Shown in pieces: positions 19,770 through 28,540 of a DNA stretch of 32,000 nt (the first letter of the stretch is position 1; each line of letters begins with the position of its first letter). The stretch spans positions 1,290,001-1,322,000 of the forward strand of contig OZ245049.1 of NCBI GenBank assembly GCA_965224465.1. The letters run 5' to 3'. Source of the stretch: Flavobacteriaceae bacterium (GTDB lineage Bacteria; Bacteroidota; Bacteroidia; Flavobacteriales; Flavobacteriaceae). The translations under genes and the position numbers were made by a program. Below the pieces are notes generated by a model that ran no database searches, had not been told where the DNA came from, and saw only the letters and a program-made list of their open reading frames with translations.

Positions 19770-20975
19770 ATGAAAATAATCAACCTCTCTATATGCATCC
19801 TTTACATACTTTTATTCAGTGGATGTACTCCTGACGTCACGGAAACTCCAGCTATATTTGTGGAAAAGCAGTTAAAAAATGCGGATGCTCAATTATCATT
19901 ATTACTCGTTGATGCCTTAGCAGAGAACCGCAATCCACGAACTATAGATGCAGAAGGAAAACTACATTGGGTACGTCAAGGATTTGATTGGACAGAGGGT
20001 TTTTTCCCAGGATCAAGTTGGTTTTTATACGACATCACAAAGAATAAAAAATGGAAAGCATCCGCAGAAAAATTTCAGGCACAATACGAAGAACATAAAT
20101 ATTTAACTGGGTTTCACGATTTAGGTTTTATTTTTAACTGTTCGTACGGAAACGGCTACAAAATCACCAAAAACGAAGCATATAAAGCGGTGTTAAAAAC
20201 AGCTTCTGATTCGTTAATCACAAGATTCAACCCTACTGTAGGATCTATTATGAGTTGGGATGTAGACAAAGGATGGCAATCAAAACGAGGCTGGAAATTC
20301 CCTGTTATTATTGATAATATGATGAATTTAGAATTGCTTTTTGAAACTAGTAAAATCACAGGAGATGACACCTACAAAAAAGTAGCTATCGCACATGCTA
20401 ATACAACATTAAAAAATCATTTTAGAGAAGATTACAGTTCGTATCACGTAGTAGATTACGATCCAGAAACGGGAGCTGTTAGGTCTAAACAAACCGCACA
20501 AGGATATGCAGATAATAGTGCTTGGGCAAGAGGACAAGCATGGGCTATCTATGGTTTCACCATGTGTTATCGCTTTACCAAAGACGAAAAATATTTAGCT
20601 CAAGCTCAAAAAATTGCCGATTACATTGTCAATTACCCTGGATTGCCAAAAGACTTTATTCCTTATTGGGATTATAACGATCCTAAAATCCCTAATGCAC
20701 CACGTGATGCTTCTGCGGCAGCAATTACAGCCTCTGCATTGGTTGAATTAAGCGGATACACCCACGGAAAATATATAAAAGATGCTAGAAATATATTAAC
20801 ATCCTTGGCAAGTCCAGAATATACAGCTGCCCTTGGAACAAATAAAAATTTTATTTTAAAACACAGTGTAGGAAGCATTCCTCACAATAACGAAATTGAT
20901 GTTCCATTAAACTATGCTGATTATTATTATATAGAAGCATTGCTCAAATACAAACACTATTACACTAAAAAATAA
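19770..20975 (+). CDS. ugl: GH88 unsaturated glucuronyl hydrolase (unsaturated GAG-disaccharide hydrolase) lipoprotein
   Basis: 401 aa with lipobox LLFSGC. GH88-type blocks are present: DWTEGFFPGSSWFLYD, FHDLGFIF, VIIDNMMNLELLF, WARGQAWAIYGF. Confidence 0.88.
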   Translation: MKIINLSICILYILLFSGCTPDVTETPAIFVEKQLKNADAQLSLLLVDALAENRNPRTIDAEGKLHWVRQGFDWTEGFFPGSSWFLYDITKNKKWKASAEKFQAQYEEHKYLTGFHDLGFIFNCSYGNGYKITKNEAYKAVLKTASDSLITRFNPTVGSIMSWDVDKGWQSKRGWKFPVIIDNMMNLELLFETSKITGDDTYKKVAIAHANTTLKNHFREDYSSYHVVDYDPETGAVRSKQTAQGYADNSAWARGQAWAIYGFTMCYRFTKDEKYLAQAQKIADYIVNYPGLPKDFIPYWDYNDPKIPNAPRDASAAAITASALVELSGYTHGKYIKDARNILTSLASPEYTAALGTNKNFILKHSVGSIPHNNEIDVPLNYADYYYIEALLKYKHYYTKK

Positions 20976-20978
20976 ACG

Positions 20979-22532
20979 ATGTTTAAAACTATTATTTTAG
21001 GAATTATTTCTCTTAGTTTTTTTACCTGTAATTCACAAACAAAAAGCGTTTGGGAAGATTTTAAACACGCAAAAGAACAAGGAACTGAAGCTATTCTTCC
21101 CGATTTCTCGTTTGCAGGATACAAACACAGTGAAGTAGGCATCCCTAGCGTACCTTACAAAATATTTGACATCACCACTTTTGGTGCGATCCCTAATGAT
21201 GCGCTGTCGGATAAAGAAGCCATCAAAGAAGCGATTAAAGCGGCTCGTCTAAACGGATCTGGAATTGTGTTTTTTCCAAAAGGAACATTTATTATTAATA
21301 CAGGTGATGATATTTTAGAGCCTATAAAAATAACGAGCTCTCATATTGTTTTTAGAGGAGTTGGAGACGGAGAAGATGGAACTATTTTGTTTTTTGATAA
21401 GGACTTAGCTCCAAAAGACCCAAAAAAAATGTGGACTGTCCCTTTTGCACTTAAAGTGACAAGTAAGGGAAAGAATCACTTTTTAACAACCATTACCAAC
21501 GATACCAAAAGAGAAACCTTTAGTATAGAAGTTGCAGATGCACGTCAAATTAAAAAAGGAGACTGGCTGTTGGTACATGTAAAAAACAACGATCCAGATT
21601 TAATTGATTATGACATCCAACCTTTCGAATGTCAACCCGAATGGAAATCGCTTTTAAACAAGGGCGTGGTGGTAAACGAACGTCATCTTGTTACAAATGT
21701 ACAGGGAAAAACAGTTACTTTTAAAGAACCTATTCATTATGACATCCAACACAAACACCATTGGAGCGTATCGCGTTTTGCACATGTTTCTGACGTTGGA
21801 TTTGAAAACATTCGTTTTGAAGGGAATTGGCTAAAAAAATTCAAGCATCACCGTTCTGCACAAGATGACGGTGGATGGAGTATTTTAAATATTTCAAAAT
21901 CCGTAAATTCTTGGATTAAGGATTGTACTTTTAAAAATGTAAACAATGCTGCAAAATTCAGTAGTTCCGCAGCTTGTACGGCTATCAATATTAATATCAT
22001 AGGGAATTTAGGACATGCAGCCATATCCGCTTCCGGAGGCTCTACTGGAATTCTCTTAGCACATATAAACGACAGTGTTGGAATGCATCACGCCACAGGA
22101 GTTGGTGGAGGTAGCACCACTGCTACGGTAATATATAGATCCACACACCCAGCACATACATCCTTTGAATCACATGCTTCACAACCACGTTGCACTTTAT
22201 TTGACAATGTAAAAGGAGGTTTCTTTTTAGGAAGAGCTGGAGGCGCAAAACAAAACTTACCCAATCATGGTCGCTATTTAGTCTTGTGGAATTATAATGA
22301 AACAGACAAGCCAGAAACAAATTTTAGATTTTGGTCAACCAAAACTTGGTACTGGAAAATAGTCCCTCCTATTATTGTTGGATTTCATGGAAGTGGAACC
22401 ACTTTTAAAACCGATGAAGTCCAAATATTAGAAAGTTTAGGGACTCCTGTACACCCTGAATCACTCTTTGAAGAACAATTAAAATTACGCTTAGGAACAT
22501 TGCCTAAATGGCTTGAAACGTACCGCAATTAA
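20979..22532 (+). CDS. Right-handed parallel beta-helix (pectate-lyase-fold) lipoprotein; candidate uncharacterised GAG lyase or hydrolase
   Basis: 517 aa with lipobox LSFFTC. The N-terminal block ITTFGAIPNDALSDKEAIKEAIKAA...GSGIVFFPKGTFIIN is typical of pectate-lyase-superfamily proteins. Beta-helix-like repeats follow (VGFENIRFEGN, IKDCTFKNVNNAA, ININIIGNLGHAAISASGG). The start is 3 nt after the GH88 stop. Confidence 0.6.
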   Translation: MFKTIILGIISLSFFTCNSQTKSVWEDFKHAKEQGTEAILPDFSFAGYKHSEVGIPSVPYKIFDITTFGAIPNDALSDKEAIKEAIKAARLNGSGIVFFPKGTFIINTGDDILEPIKITSSHIVFRGVGDGEDGTILFFDKDLAPKDPKKMWTVPFALKVTSKGKNHFLTTITNDTKRETFSIEVADARQIKKGDWLLVHVKNNDPDLIDYDIQPFECQPEWKSLLNKGVVVNERHLVTNVQGKTVTFKEPIHYDIQHKHHWSVSRFAHVSDVGFENIRFEGNWLKKFKHHRSAQDDGGWSILNISKSVNSWIKDCTFKNVNNAAKFSSSAACTAININIIGNLGHAAISASGGSTGILLAHINDSVGMHHATGVGGGSTTATVIYRSTHPAHTSFESHASQPRCTLFDNVKGGFFLGRAGGAKQNLPNHGRYLVLWNYNETDKPETNFRFWSTKTWYWKIVPPIIVGFHGSGTTFKTDEVQILESLGTPVHPESLFEEQLKLRLGTLPKWLETYRN

Positions 22533-22546
22533 AACAGTAATATCAC

Positions 22547-23134
22547 ATGAAAAATATCTTATTTATTTGTGTATTTGCCTTTACAATAAATGGATTATCT
22601 CAAGAAAAAATAATAGTTTCTGAAGACACATTTATCCAAGGAGGCTCTTCAGCGGATATCGCCATGGGGGTCGAAAAGCAAAAAAACATTCGTATTTTTA
22701 ATTCCAATGCTTCGAGTAAATATGCACGCATTGCTTATTTAAAATTTAAGTTTTCTAAGAAGATAAAGACTGTAAAAAAAGTACGCCTTTGCATTCCTTT
22801 AAAAGTGTATAAATCTACTAAAAACCCAACGGGAAAATTCAAAATGGAAGTAATGGCTATTCAAAATGATTCTTGGAGCGAAAATACCATTACATGGAAC
22901 ACTGTATTGACACTAGGAAAACAACTTGGAACCGCAAGCATTTCACAATCAGAAAACGGAAAAAGTCAACAGGTAACAATCCAATTAGACCCCACTATTT
23001 TTAATACTTTAAGAAACAAAAAAGACAGCATAATTAGTATTGCATTGACCAATACAACATTCAATAAAGTAAATGCCATGACACCTTCTAAAGAACAGTC
23101 TAAACGTGTAGCCGCTTATTTAATTATTAACTAA
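22547..23134 (+). CDS. Small secreted DNRLRE-type (CBM96-like) domain protein
   Basis: 195 aa with a signal peptide. The pattern IAYLKFKFS...VRLCIPLK...EVMAIQNDSWSENTITWNT resembles the DNRLRE/carbohydrate-binding beta-sandwich signature (W-x-E-x-x-[IV]-T-W-N). No catalytic domain is attached. Confidence 0.45.
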   Translation: MKNILFICVFAFTINGLSQEKIIVSEDTFIQGGSSADIAMGVEKQKNIRIFNSNASSKYARIAYLKFKFSKKIKTVKKVRLCIPLKVYKSTKNPTGKFKMEVMAIQNDSWSENTITWNTVLTLGKQLGTASISQSENGKSQQVTIQLDPTIFNTLRNKKDSIISIALTNTTFNKVNAMTPSKEQSKRVAAYLIIN

Positions 23135-23140
23135 TTTATT

Positions 23141-24712
23141 ATGAAAAAAATACTCCTCATAGTTTTGGCGATGCTAAGCATCACCTGTAAAACACCAGAA
23201 AAAAGCACAGAAGTAACAGAAAAAAAACCGAATGTATTGATAATTTTCCCCGACCAATTACGTCGTTATAGTGCAGGTTTTTGGTCTGAAGATCCCTATA
23301 AAAAATACGTAATAGGAAAGCCAGACCCTGTGATCACCCCTACCATAGATAAATTGGCTAAAAACGGCGTTGTTTTTACTCAAGCCATCAGTAATTACCC
23401 ATTATGCAGTCCTTATAGAGGCATGTTTTTGTCTGGAATGTACCCAGAACAAAATGGAATTTGGAACAACTGTAGAAAAGGAAGAGACGACAGCTTAAGA
23501 GACGATATCAAAACAATTACCGACTTGTTTTACGAATCTGGATATAATACTTCTTATTTTGGAAAATGTCACTGGTTAAAAACAGAACCATTGTTTGACG
23601 AAAAAGGAAATTACAAAGGAACATCGTCTGCTCCAGGGGGGCATTATGTAAATACCTACGACACTTATGTACCCGCAGGTCCAAGTCGTCATAGCATCGA
23701 GTATTTTTATCAATCGTTAAAAGACGAACATTACAACCCTCATATTTACGCGAGTGATTCCAGTACTATTAAAGGAAAAAAAGATGGAGATCTATACCTA
23801 CCAAAAATATATTCTCCAAAGAACGAAGCCAATAAAATCATATCCTATTTACAAAACAAACATCAAGAACGCAATTCGGACAAACCTTTCTTAATGATTT
23901 GGTCTTTGAATCCTCCTCACAATCCTTGGAATGATGAAAACACGGACATGGATGCCTTGAAAAAGTATTACGATACAGATAAATATCCACAAGTAGATGA
24001 AAAATTAGTTGTCCGAGAAAATGCAAGCTTAGAAGTAGCAAACCATTATGTGCGTAATTATTTTGCAAATGTTACAAGTTCTGATGCTTATATAGGAATT
24101 GTTATTGACGAATTAGAACGTATGGGAGCTTTGGATAATACCATCGTAATTTTCAGTTCTGATCATGGAGAAATGTTAGGAAGTCATGGATTGGAAGGGA
24201 AAAATGTCGTAGAAATGGAATCTACATCAATCCCTTTTATTGTACACTGGCCAAAAGGATTAAAAGCCAACATCAACGATATTTTATTGAGTGTTCCTGA
24301 TGTACTACCAACCACTATGGGCTTGGCTGGAATTGCTGATAAAATACCTTCAACTGTACAAGGAACAAACTTTGCTCCTTTATTGGAAAACCCAACAACT
24401 AGTACGATTAAAAAACCTACAGCTGTTCTATTAATGTTAGGAAATTCTAGAGGTATCATAACGGACAGATACACTCTTTGCTTACAAGAAAACAAAAAAC
24501 AATGGGACAAACAAAAAGGAACAGCCCTGGCCGAAACTTTTATCTATGACAATAAAAAAGACCCTTATCAATTGCATAAATTAAGTTTGGAAGAACGACC
24601 TGAAGTTGCAAAACACCTCTTAAAACAATTAGGAGAGCAACTAAAACACGCCAACGATCCTTGGTTTAAAGAACAAAAATATTCAGAAGTGATTCCTTAT
24701 CCTTCTTTATAA
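23141..24712 (+). CDS. S1-family (Cys-type) sulfatase lipoprotein
   Basis: 523 aa with lipobox MLSITC. Motifs: NVLIIFPDQLR, sulfatase signature PLCSPYRGMFLSGMYPEQNG (C-x-P-x-R), FSSDHGEMLGSHG. Confidence 0.92.
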   Translation: MKKILLIVLAMLSITCKTPEKSTEVTEKKPNVLIIFPDQLRRYSAGFWSEDPYKKYVIGKPDPVITPTIDKLAKNGVVFTQAISNYPLCSPYRGMFLSGMYPEQNGIWNNCRKGRDDSLRDDIKTITDLFYESGYNTSYFGKCHWLKTEPLFDEKGNYKGTSSAPGGHYVNTYDTYVPAGPSRHSIEYFYQSLKDEHYNPHIYASDSSTIKGKKDGDLYLPKIYSPKNEANKIISYLQNKHQERNSDKPFLMIWSLNPPHNPWNDENTDMDALKKYYDTDKYPQVDEKLVVRENASLEVANHYVRNYFANVTSSDAYIGIVIDELERMGALDNTIVIFSSDHGEMLGSHGLEGKNVVEMESTSIPFIVHWPKGLKANINDILLSVPDVLPTTMGLAGIADKIPSTVQGTNFAPLLENPTTSTIKKPTAVLLMLGNSRGIITDRYTLCLQENKKQWDKQKGTALAETFIYDNKKDPYQLHKLSLEERPEVAKHLLKQLGEQLKHANDPWFKEQKYSEVIPYPSL

Positions 24713-24732
24713 ATAATTGTCTATTATGATAA

Positions 24733-24767
24733 AAAGGAGTTCCTTAAACTGGGAGCTCCTTTTTTTT
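24733..24767 (+). terminator. Rho-independent terminator at the end of the PUL
   Basis: AAGGAGTTCC / GGGAGCTCCTT forms a ~9-bp stem (one G-U pair) with loop TTAAACTG, followed by T8. It lies ~20 nt after the sulfatase stop. Confidence 0.75.
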
Positions 24768-24838
24768 GTATCTAAATCTTATTCAATCCTCTTTAAAAAG
24801 CATCCAATATCTACCGTCCTTATCCCCTTTAGACAGCA

Positions 24839-24997
24839 ATACCAATTACAATCCAAAATAACCGATATACATAGCTTATATTACGTTTTGACATTGTTAA
24901 AAATAAAACGACAGCTAAGACGATCCTTATATTTATCGCCTAGATAAAACAAAAAAACTCCATTTCTAAACCGTCACTTGAAAATCTATTTGGTATA
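24839..24997 (+). repeat. MITE-like repeat, copy 2 (full length, ~159 bp)
   Basis: Runs from ATACCAATTACAATCCAAAATAACCGATATA to CGTCACTTGAAAATCTATTTGGTATA. It is colinear with copies at 5152 and 25241. Confidence 0.8.
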
Positions 24998-25105
24998 ATT
25001 TGGCTTTCAAAGATTCAATTGCAATTGATAATCTTCCAAACTAAATTTTAAATAAGCGTTGTATAATCATCTTGCCTTTTCTTATTTTTAAAACAGCACC
25101 ATCCT

Positions 25106-25163
25106 CTAAGGCTATTTCTCTTTTAGATAAGATAAAAAACACCTGATCCGACTTAATTGGTAT
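25106..25163 (+). repeat. Degenerate, 5'-truncated remnant of the same repeat
   Basis: CTAAGGCTAT...TTAGATAAGATAAAAAACACC...CCGACTTAATTGGTAT matches the 3' half of the repeat (CTAAGGCTAT...CTAGATAAAACAAAAAAACTCC...CCGTCACTT...ATTTGGTAT) with internal deletions. Confidence 0.45.
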
Positions 25164-25183
25164 TCGTTTTTTAACACAAAAAA

Positions 25184-25214
25184 AGTACGGTAGCAACGGC
25201 TATCGTACTTTTTT
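25184..25214. terminator. Bidirectional rho-independent terminator-like hairpin
   Basis: AGTACGGTAGC / GCTATCGTACT forms an 11-bp stem (one G-U pair) with loop AACG. It is flanked by A7 upstream and T5 downstream. Confidence 0.55.
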
Positions 25215-25240
25215 ATCTAATCAGAAATTATTTATGTGTG

Positions 25241-25401
25241 ATACCAATTACAGACCAAAATAAACGATATAAATAGTTTATTTTACGTTCTGGCCTTGTT
25301 TAAAAGCAGAACGATAGCTAAGGCTATCCTTCCATTTTTCGCCTAGCTATAACAAAAAATAATTCCATTTCTAAACCTTCACTTGGAAATGTATTTGTAT
25401 T
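25241..25401 (+). repeat. MITE-like repeat, copy 3 (full length, ~161 bp)
   Basis: Runs from ATACCAATTACAGACCAAAATAAACGATATAAATAG to TTCACTTGGAAATGTATTTGTATTA. Its last bases overlap the TAA stop (25400-25402, - strand) of the S41 peptidase gene. Confidence 0.8.
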
Positions 25402-26401
25402 ACTGTAACTCCAGAATTGCTCTTTCAATAATCTCATCCTCTGTACCATTATTCAAATCTAAACTCACAGATATGTCTGGTTCAAAACCATTATCTAACC
25501 TTCTACCTTCCCAATCAATAAACTCACTTGTAGAAAGCTGCCAATGCCAACCATTCGCTAAAAAACCATCTGAAGTAGAACCACTACCTCCTCCTGTTTT
25601 AGCTCCTATAAAAGTAACGTTATCTAAAGGGTTTAAATAAGAGATCAATGTAGTAGTTGCACTAAAACACTGAATATTTGTCAAAACCATTAAAGGTTTT
25701 AAATACTTTTTACCTCCAGCAGGTTTTATGGTAATCAGACTTTTATGAAAATCTGTTGGATTGGGACCTGTTTTGAATGTTTCATATCCAATATAAACTT
25801 TTTTATTTGTAAAATGGCTTGCCATTAATGCAGCGACAAAAGGATCTCCACCACCATTTCCTCTAACATCTAAAATAATACCTTTTGTGCCTTTAAAGTA
25901 GTCCAAAATAGTATTCATCATAGCATCCGTTACTTCATTGTCAAAATCTCTGTATTGAATGTAACCAATTGTATTGTTTTTTAACAATGTATATCTTAAG
26001 CCATCCCCTTGGGTTTGTACTTGTCCCGTTAAATAAACCATATCAATCACACTTTGATCTAAGTTTAGTGGAATTCCTTCCTCATTATTATACGTTTTAT
26101 AGTCTAAATCATTTTCAATAAAGGAATGTGCATCTTTAAGAGTTACGGCTATTATTCCTAAAACATCGAATAGTTCTGAAGAAGAAATATGATCGCTTAC
26201 CATTGCACGAGTGGTACTGTGTAATTTCTCTTTGTCAATGGCTTTCCCTGGATCATCAAACATTGCAAATTTTTCACTCACAAGTTTCCAATACTCATCA
26301 TAAATAGCAAGGTTATCTGTTGCTGGATTGGGTTCCATAAAAGCTTTTTCACAACTACTCAGTAAAAAAAGAATTGGTAGAATTAAAATTATTTTTTTCA
26401 T
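25400..26401 (-). CDS. S41-family (C-terminal processing / tail-specific protease-like) peptidase lipoprotein
   Basis: 333 aa with lipobox LLSSC. S41-type blocks are present: GIILDVRGNGGGDP and VLTNIQCFSATTTLISYL (Ser nucleophile region). Confidence 0.72.
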   Translation of the reverse strand: MKKIILILPILFLLSSCEKAFMEPNPATDNLAIYDEYWKLVSEKFAMFDDPGKAIDKEKLHSTTRAMVSDHISSSELFDVLGIIAVTLKDAHSFIENDLDYKTYNNEEGIPLNLDQSVIDMVYLTGQVQTQGDGLRYTLLKNNTIGYIQYRDFDNEVTDAMMNTILDYFKGTKGIILDVRGNGGGDPFVAALMASHFTNKKVYIGYETFKTGPNPTDFHKSLITIKPAGGKKYLKPLMVLTNIQCFSATTTLISYLNPLDNVTFIGAKTGGGSGSTSDGFLANGWHWQLSTSEFIDWEGRRLDNGFEPDISVSLDLNNGTEDEIIERAILELQ

Positions 26402-26404
26402 TTT

Positions 26405-27220
26405 TTATAAATTATATCTGATTGAAATAGCGTTGTATCCTTTTGTAAGAGGATACTTATTAATCCTATTAGACCTTTGAAAGCTCCATGTATAAGAAAG
26501 TGACCATCTTTTTAAATAGTGTAATCTAATGGAAGTCCCTACATTCATATATTCCCAAAATAGCTCTGGAGTGTAATATTTCAAATTATTAGGAAACAAA
26601 GAATTCATATCTTGATAATCAAATCCCCCATCTGTTAACATTTTTCGACTTCCTAAGATGGCAAATCCAGGAGCTTCTTTAACAAAACCAAAGAGTTGAA
26701 AATCAACACCTGCCTCTAACTTAAATTTCGGTGAAATTTTTCGTTCATAGATAGAAGAAACTTTGAAACCACTATTTGATATATAGGCGATCGAACTATT
26801 ATCTAAACCTTCAATTTGTCTAAAATAGAGATCAATAATACTCCAAGTACCACCTATGTAAAATTTTTGTTTTTCGGTTTTCAATATGGGATAAAGGTAT
26901 TTGACACTCAATACCGCATTAATTGCAATAGCATCTCCCTTGGAATGCGTTTCTGCTTTTTCATTGGAATAATTTAATTCTAAATTTATTCCCCAAATTG
27001 AATTTTTAGCTTTTTCAAAGCCAAATTTAAATCGTGCACCAACGCCCGTATACTGTACGTTCGAAAATTTGACATCTTGAAATGAACTAGACAAAGCACC
27101 TACTTCCATATAATAAGTAGATGTTTTAGGAGTATCCCCTTCCTTTTCCAATACTGATTGGGAAATCGCATGGTAACTGTTTCCTACAACCAATATTAAT
27201 AGTAGTATTATTTTTTTCAT
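26405..27220 (-). CDS. Hypothetical outer-membrane beta-barrel protein
   Basis: 271 aa with a signal peptide (LVVGNSYHAISQ). Alternating hydrophobic/polar strands are rich in Y/F/G/S/N throughout. Its stop is 3 nt from the downstream S41 peptidase start (operon). Confidence 0.45.
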   Translation of the reverse strand: MKKIILLLILVVGNSYHAISQSVLEKEGDTPKTSTYYMEVGALSSSFQDVKFSNVQYTGVGARFKFGFEKAKNSIWGINLELNYSNEKAETHSKGDAIAINAVLSVKYLYPILKTEKQKFYIGGTWSIIDLYFRQIEGLDNSSIAYISNSGFKVSSIYERKISPKFKLEAGVDFQLFGFVKEAPGFAILGSRKMLTDGGFDYQDMNSLFPNNLKYYTPELFWEYMNVGTSIRLHYLKRWSLSYTWSFQRSNRINKYPLTKGYNAISIRYNL

Positions 27221-27257
27221 ATTTCCTTTTATTGTATATTATACGTTTATTCACTCA

Positions 27258-27265
27258 CAAACATA
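27258..27265 (-). promoter_or_regulatory. Candidate Bacteroidota -7 promoter box (TAnnTTTG) for the beta-barrel/S41 operon
   Basis: The - strand reads TATGTTTG, 38-45 nt upstream of the ATG at 27220. No well-spaced -33 TTTG was found. Confidence 0.3.
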
Positions 27266-27736
27266 AAAAATAAAATTATATTGTAATAAATCAAAAGATA
27301 AAGCTACAGGAAAAGATAACGCACTCGCATATAAGTATATAACATTTATTAATTCTAGTTATTATTTTCTGTATTTAACATTTTTTTATGATTTTTTTCT
27401 ATTCCGCTCCCCCCTTGTCACAATTATCTTCTTAAAAAAAAGATATACTACACTGTGATAGATACACATACCTTAAAAATAACAATTCAATAGCTTCTTT
27501 TCGAATTACTATCTTTTTTTCATGTGTGTAACTACCGCACTCACTAAAAACTAAAATTCTGCAATATGCTTTTTATCAATCTCACAATTAGAATAGTGAT
27601 ATAATTAGTTTATTCACAGAGATTTTACAGCAGTAAAACATCCATTAAAAACGGTATACACATAGCCATACTGCGGTTATCCACACTACAATTTAGTATT
27701 AAAACTAAGATACAACATACATTAAAACATTAAAAA

Positions 27737-28204
27737 ATGATTACATTTGTAAAAAAATGTATGCTTTCAATGAAACAGAATCCAAGAGACAAATCTATTG
27801 GGGCTCAAATGGCAATTGCTTTACAATTGATGAAAAGAAAAACACAGCAAGCAATTTTTGATACGGGTCACAAAATTTCACTGGAACAGCTAGGTATTTT
27901 AGAAGAACTAGCAATAAATGGAGAAATGAACATGTCTCAACTATCACAAGCTATTTGGAAACAAAATGCTAATATTACAAGAATGGTAGATAAGTTGGAA
28001 AACAAGCAATTGATTAAAAGAAAGCCCGTAATTGGTGACCGAAGAGTAAACATACTTTCGATCACAAAAAAAGGGAAACAAGCTTTTACAGAAATTTTAA
28101 CCGTAGTAAAGAAAACAAACAGCGAAATTTATTCTTGCATCACAACAGAAGAAAAAGATTTTCTATTACAAATAACACGTAAATTAATTCAGAGTTTCAA
28201 CTAA
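27737..28204 (+). CDS. MarR-family transcriptional regulator
   Basis: Winged-helix MarR pattern: LEQLGILEELAINGEMNMSQLSQAIWKQNANITRMVDKLENKQLIKRKPVIGDRRVNILSITKKGKQ. The true start may be ATG 27770 (MKQNPRD, 144 aa), because TACATTTG (27742-27749) inside the annotated 5' end matches the -7 promoter consensus TAnnTTTG. Confidence 0.85.
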   Translation: MITFVKKCMLSMKQNPRDKSIGAQMAIALQLMKRKTQQAIFDTGHKISLEQLGILEELAINGEMNMSQLSQAIWKQNANITRMVDKLENKQLIKRKPVIGDRRVNILSITKKGKQAFTEILTVVKKTNSEIYSCITTEEKDFLLQITRKLIQSFN

Positions 28205-28333
28205 AAAACACGAATTACGGACATCAATCTATAGTTTAAAATTCAACAACTTCGTTAAACAGTTTTAATGGTTCGTTGTGTTTTGTCTAAAAAAATAATA
28301 TCCCCAATCACTTCACTCCAATAATACCAAAAG

Positions 28334-28369
28334 TATTTTCTAAAGATTATTTTCTAAAGATTATTTTCT
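28334..28369. repeat. Tandem direct repeat, 14-bp unit x ~2.6
   Basis: TATTTTCTAAAGAT TATTTTCTAAAGAT TATTTTCT, with exact copies. Confidence 0.9.
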
Positions 28370-28504
28370 GTTTCCAAATAGTAAGCCTTGAGGAATTATA
28401 CTAAAATCGATTGTCTAATTAACAACACAATTATTGGAAGAAAATATACAGCCTCTTAATCTAAGTAGCCTCCCTAATATACGAATCTGTTTTTAATACG
28501 ACTG

Positions 28505-28540
28505 TAATAATTACAATCCAAAACAACCGATATAAATAGC
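28505..28540 (+). repeat. Partial or diverged copy of the MITE-like repeat (5' end)
   Basis: TAATAATTACAATCCAAAACAACCGATATAAATAG matches the first ~35 nt of the repeat. Downstream similarity is weak. Confidence 0.55.

Noticed and set aside
24717-24947. 76-aa ORF after the last sulfatase, and the 85-aa ORF at 25383-25640
   Set aside because: The first runs through a terminator hairpin and MITE-like repeat copy 2. The second is antisense to the well-supported S41 peptidase gene.
28334-28369. Possible CRISPR-like or other arrayed repeats
   Set aside because: Only a 14-bp tandem duplication without spacers is present. No repeat-spacer architecture or cas genes occur anywhere in the window.
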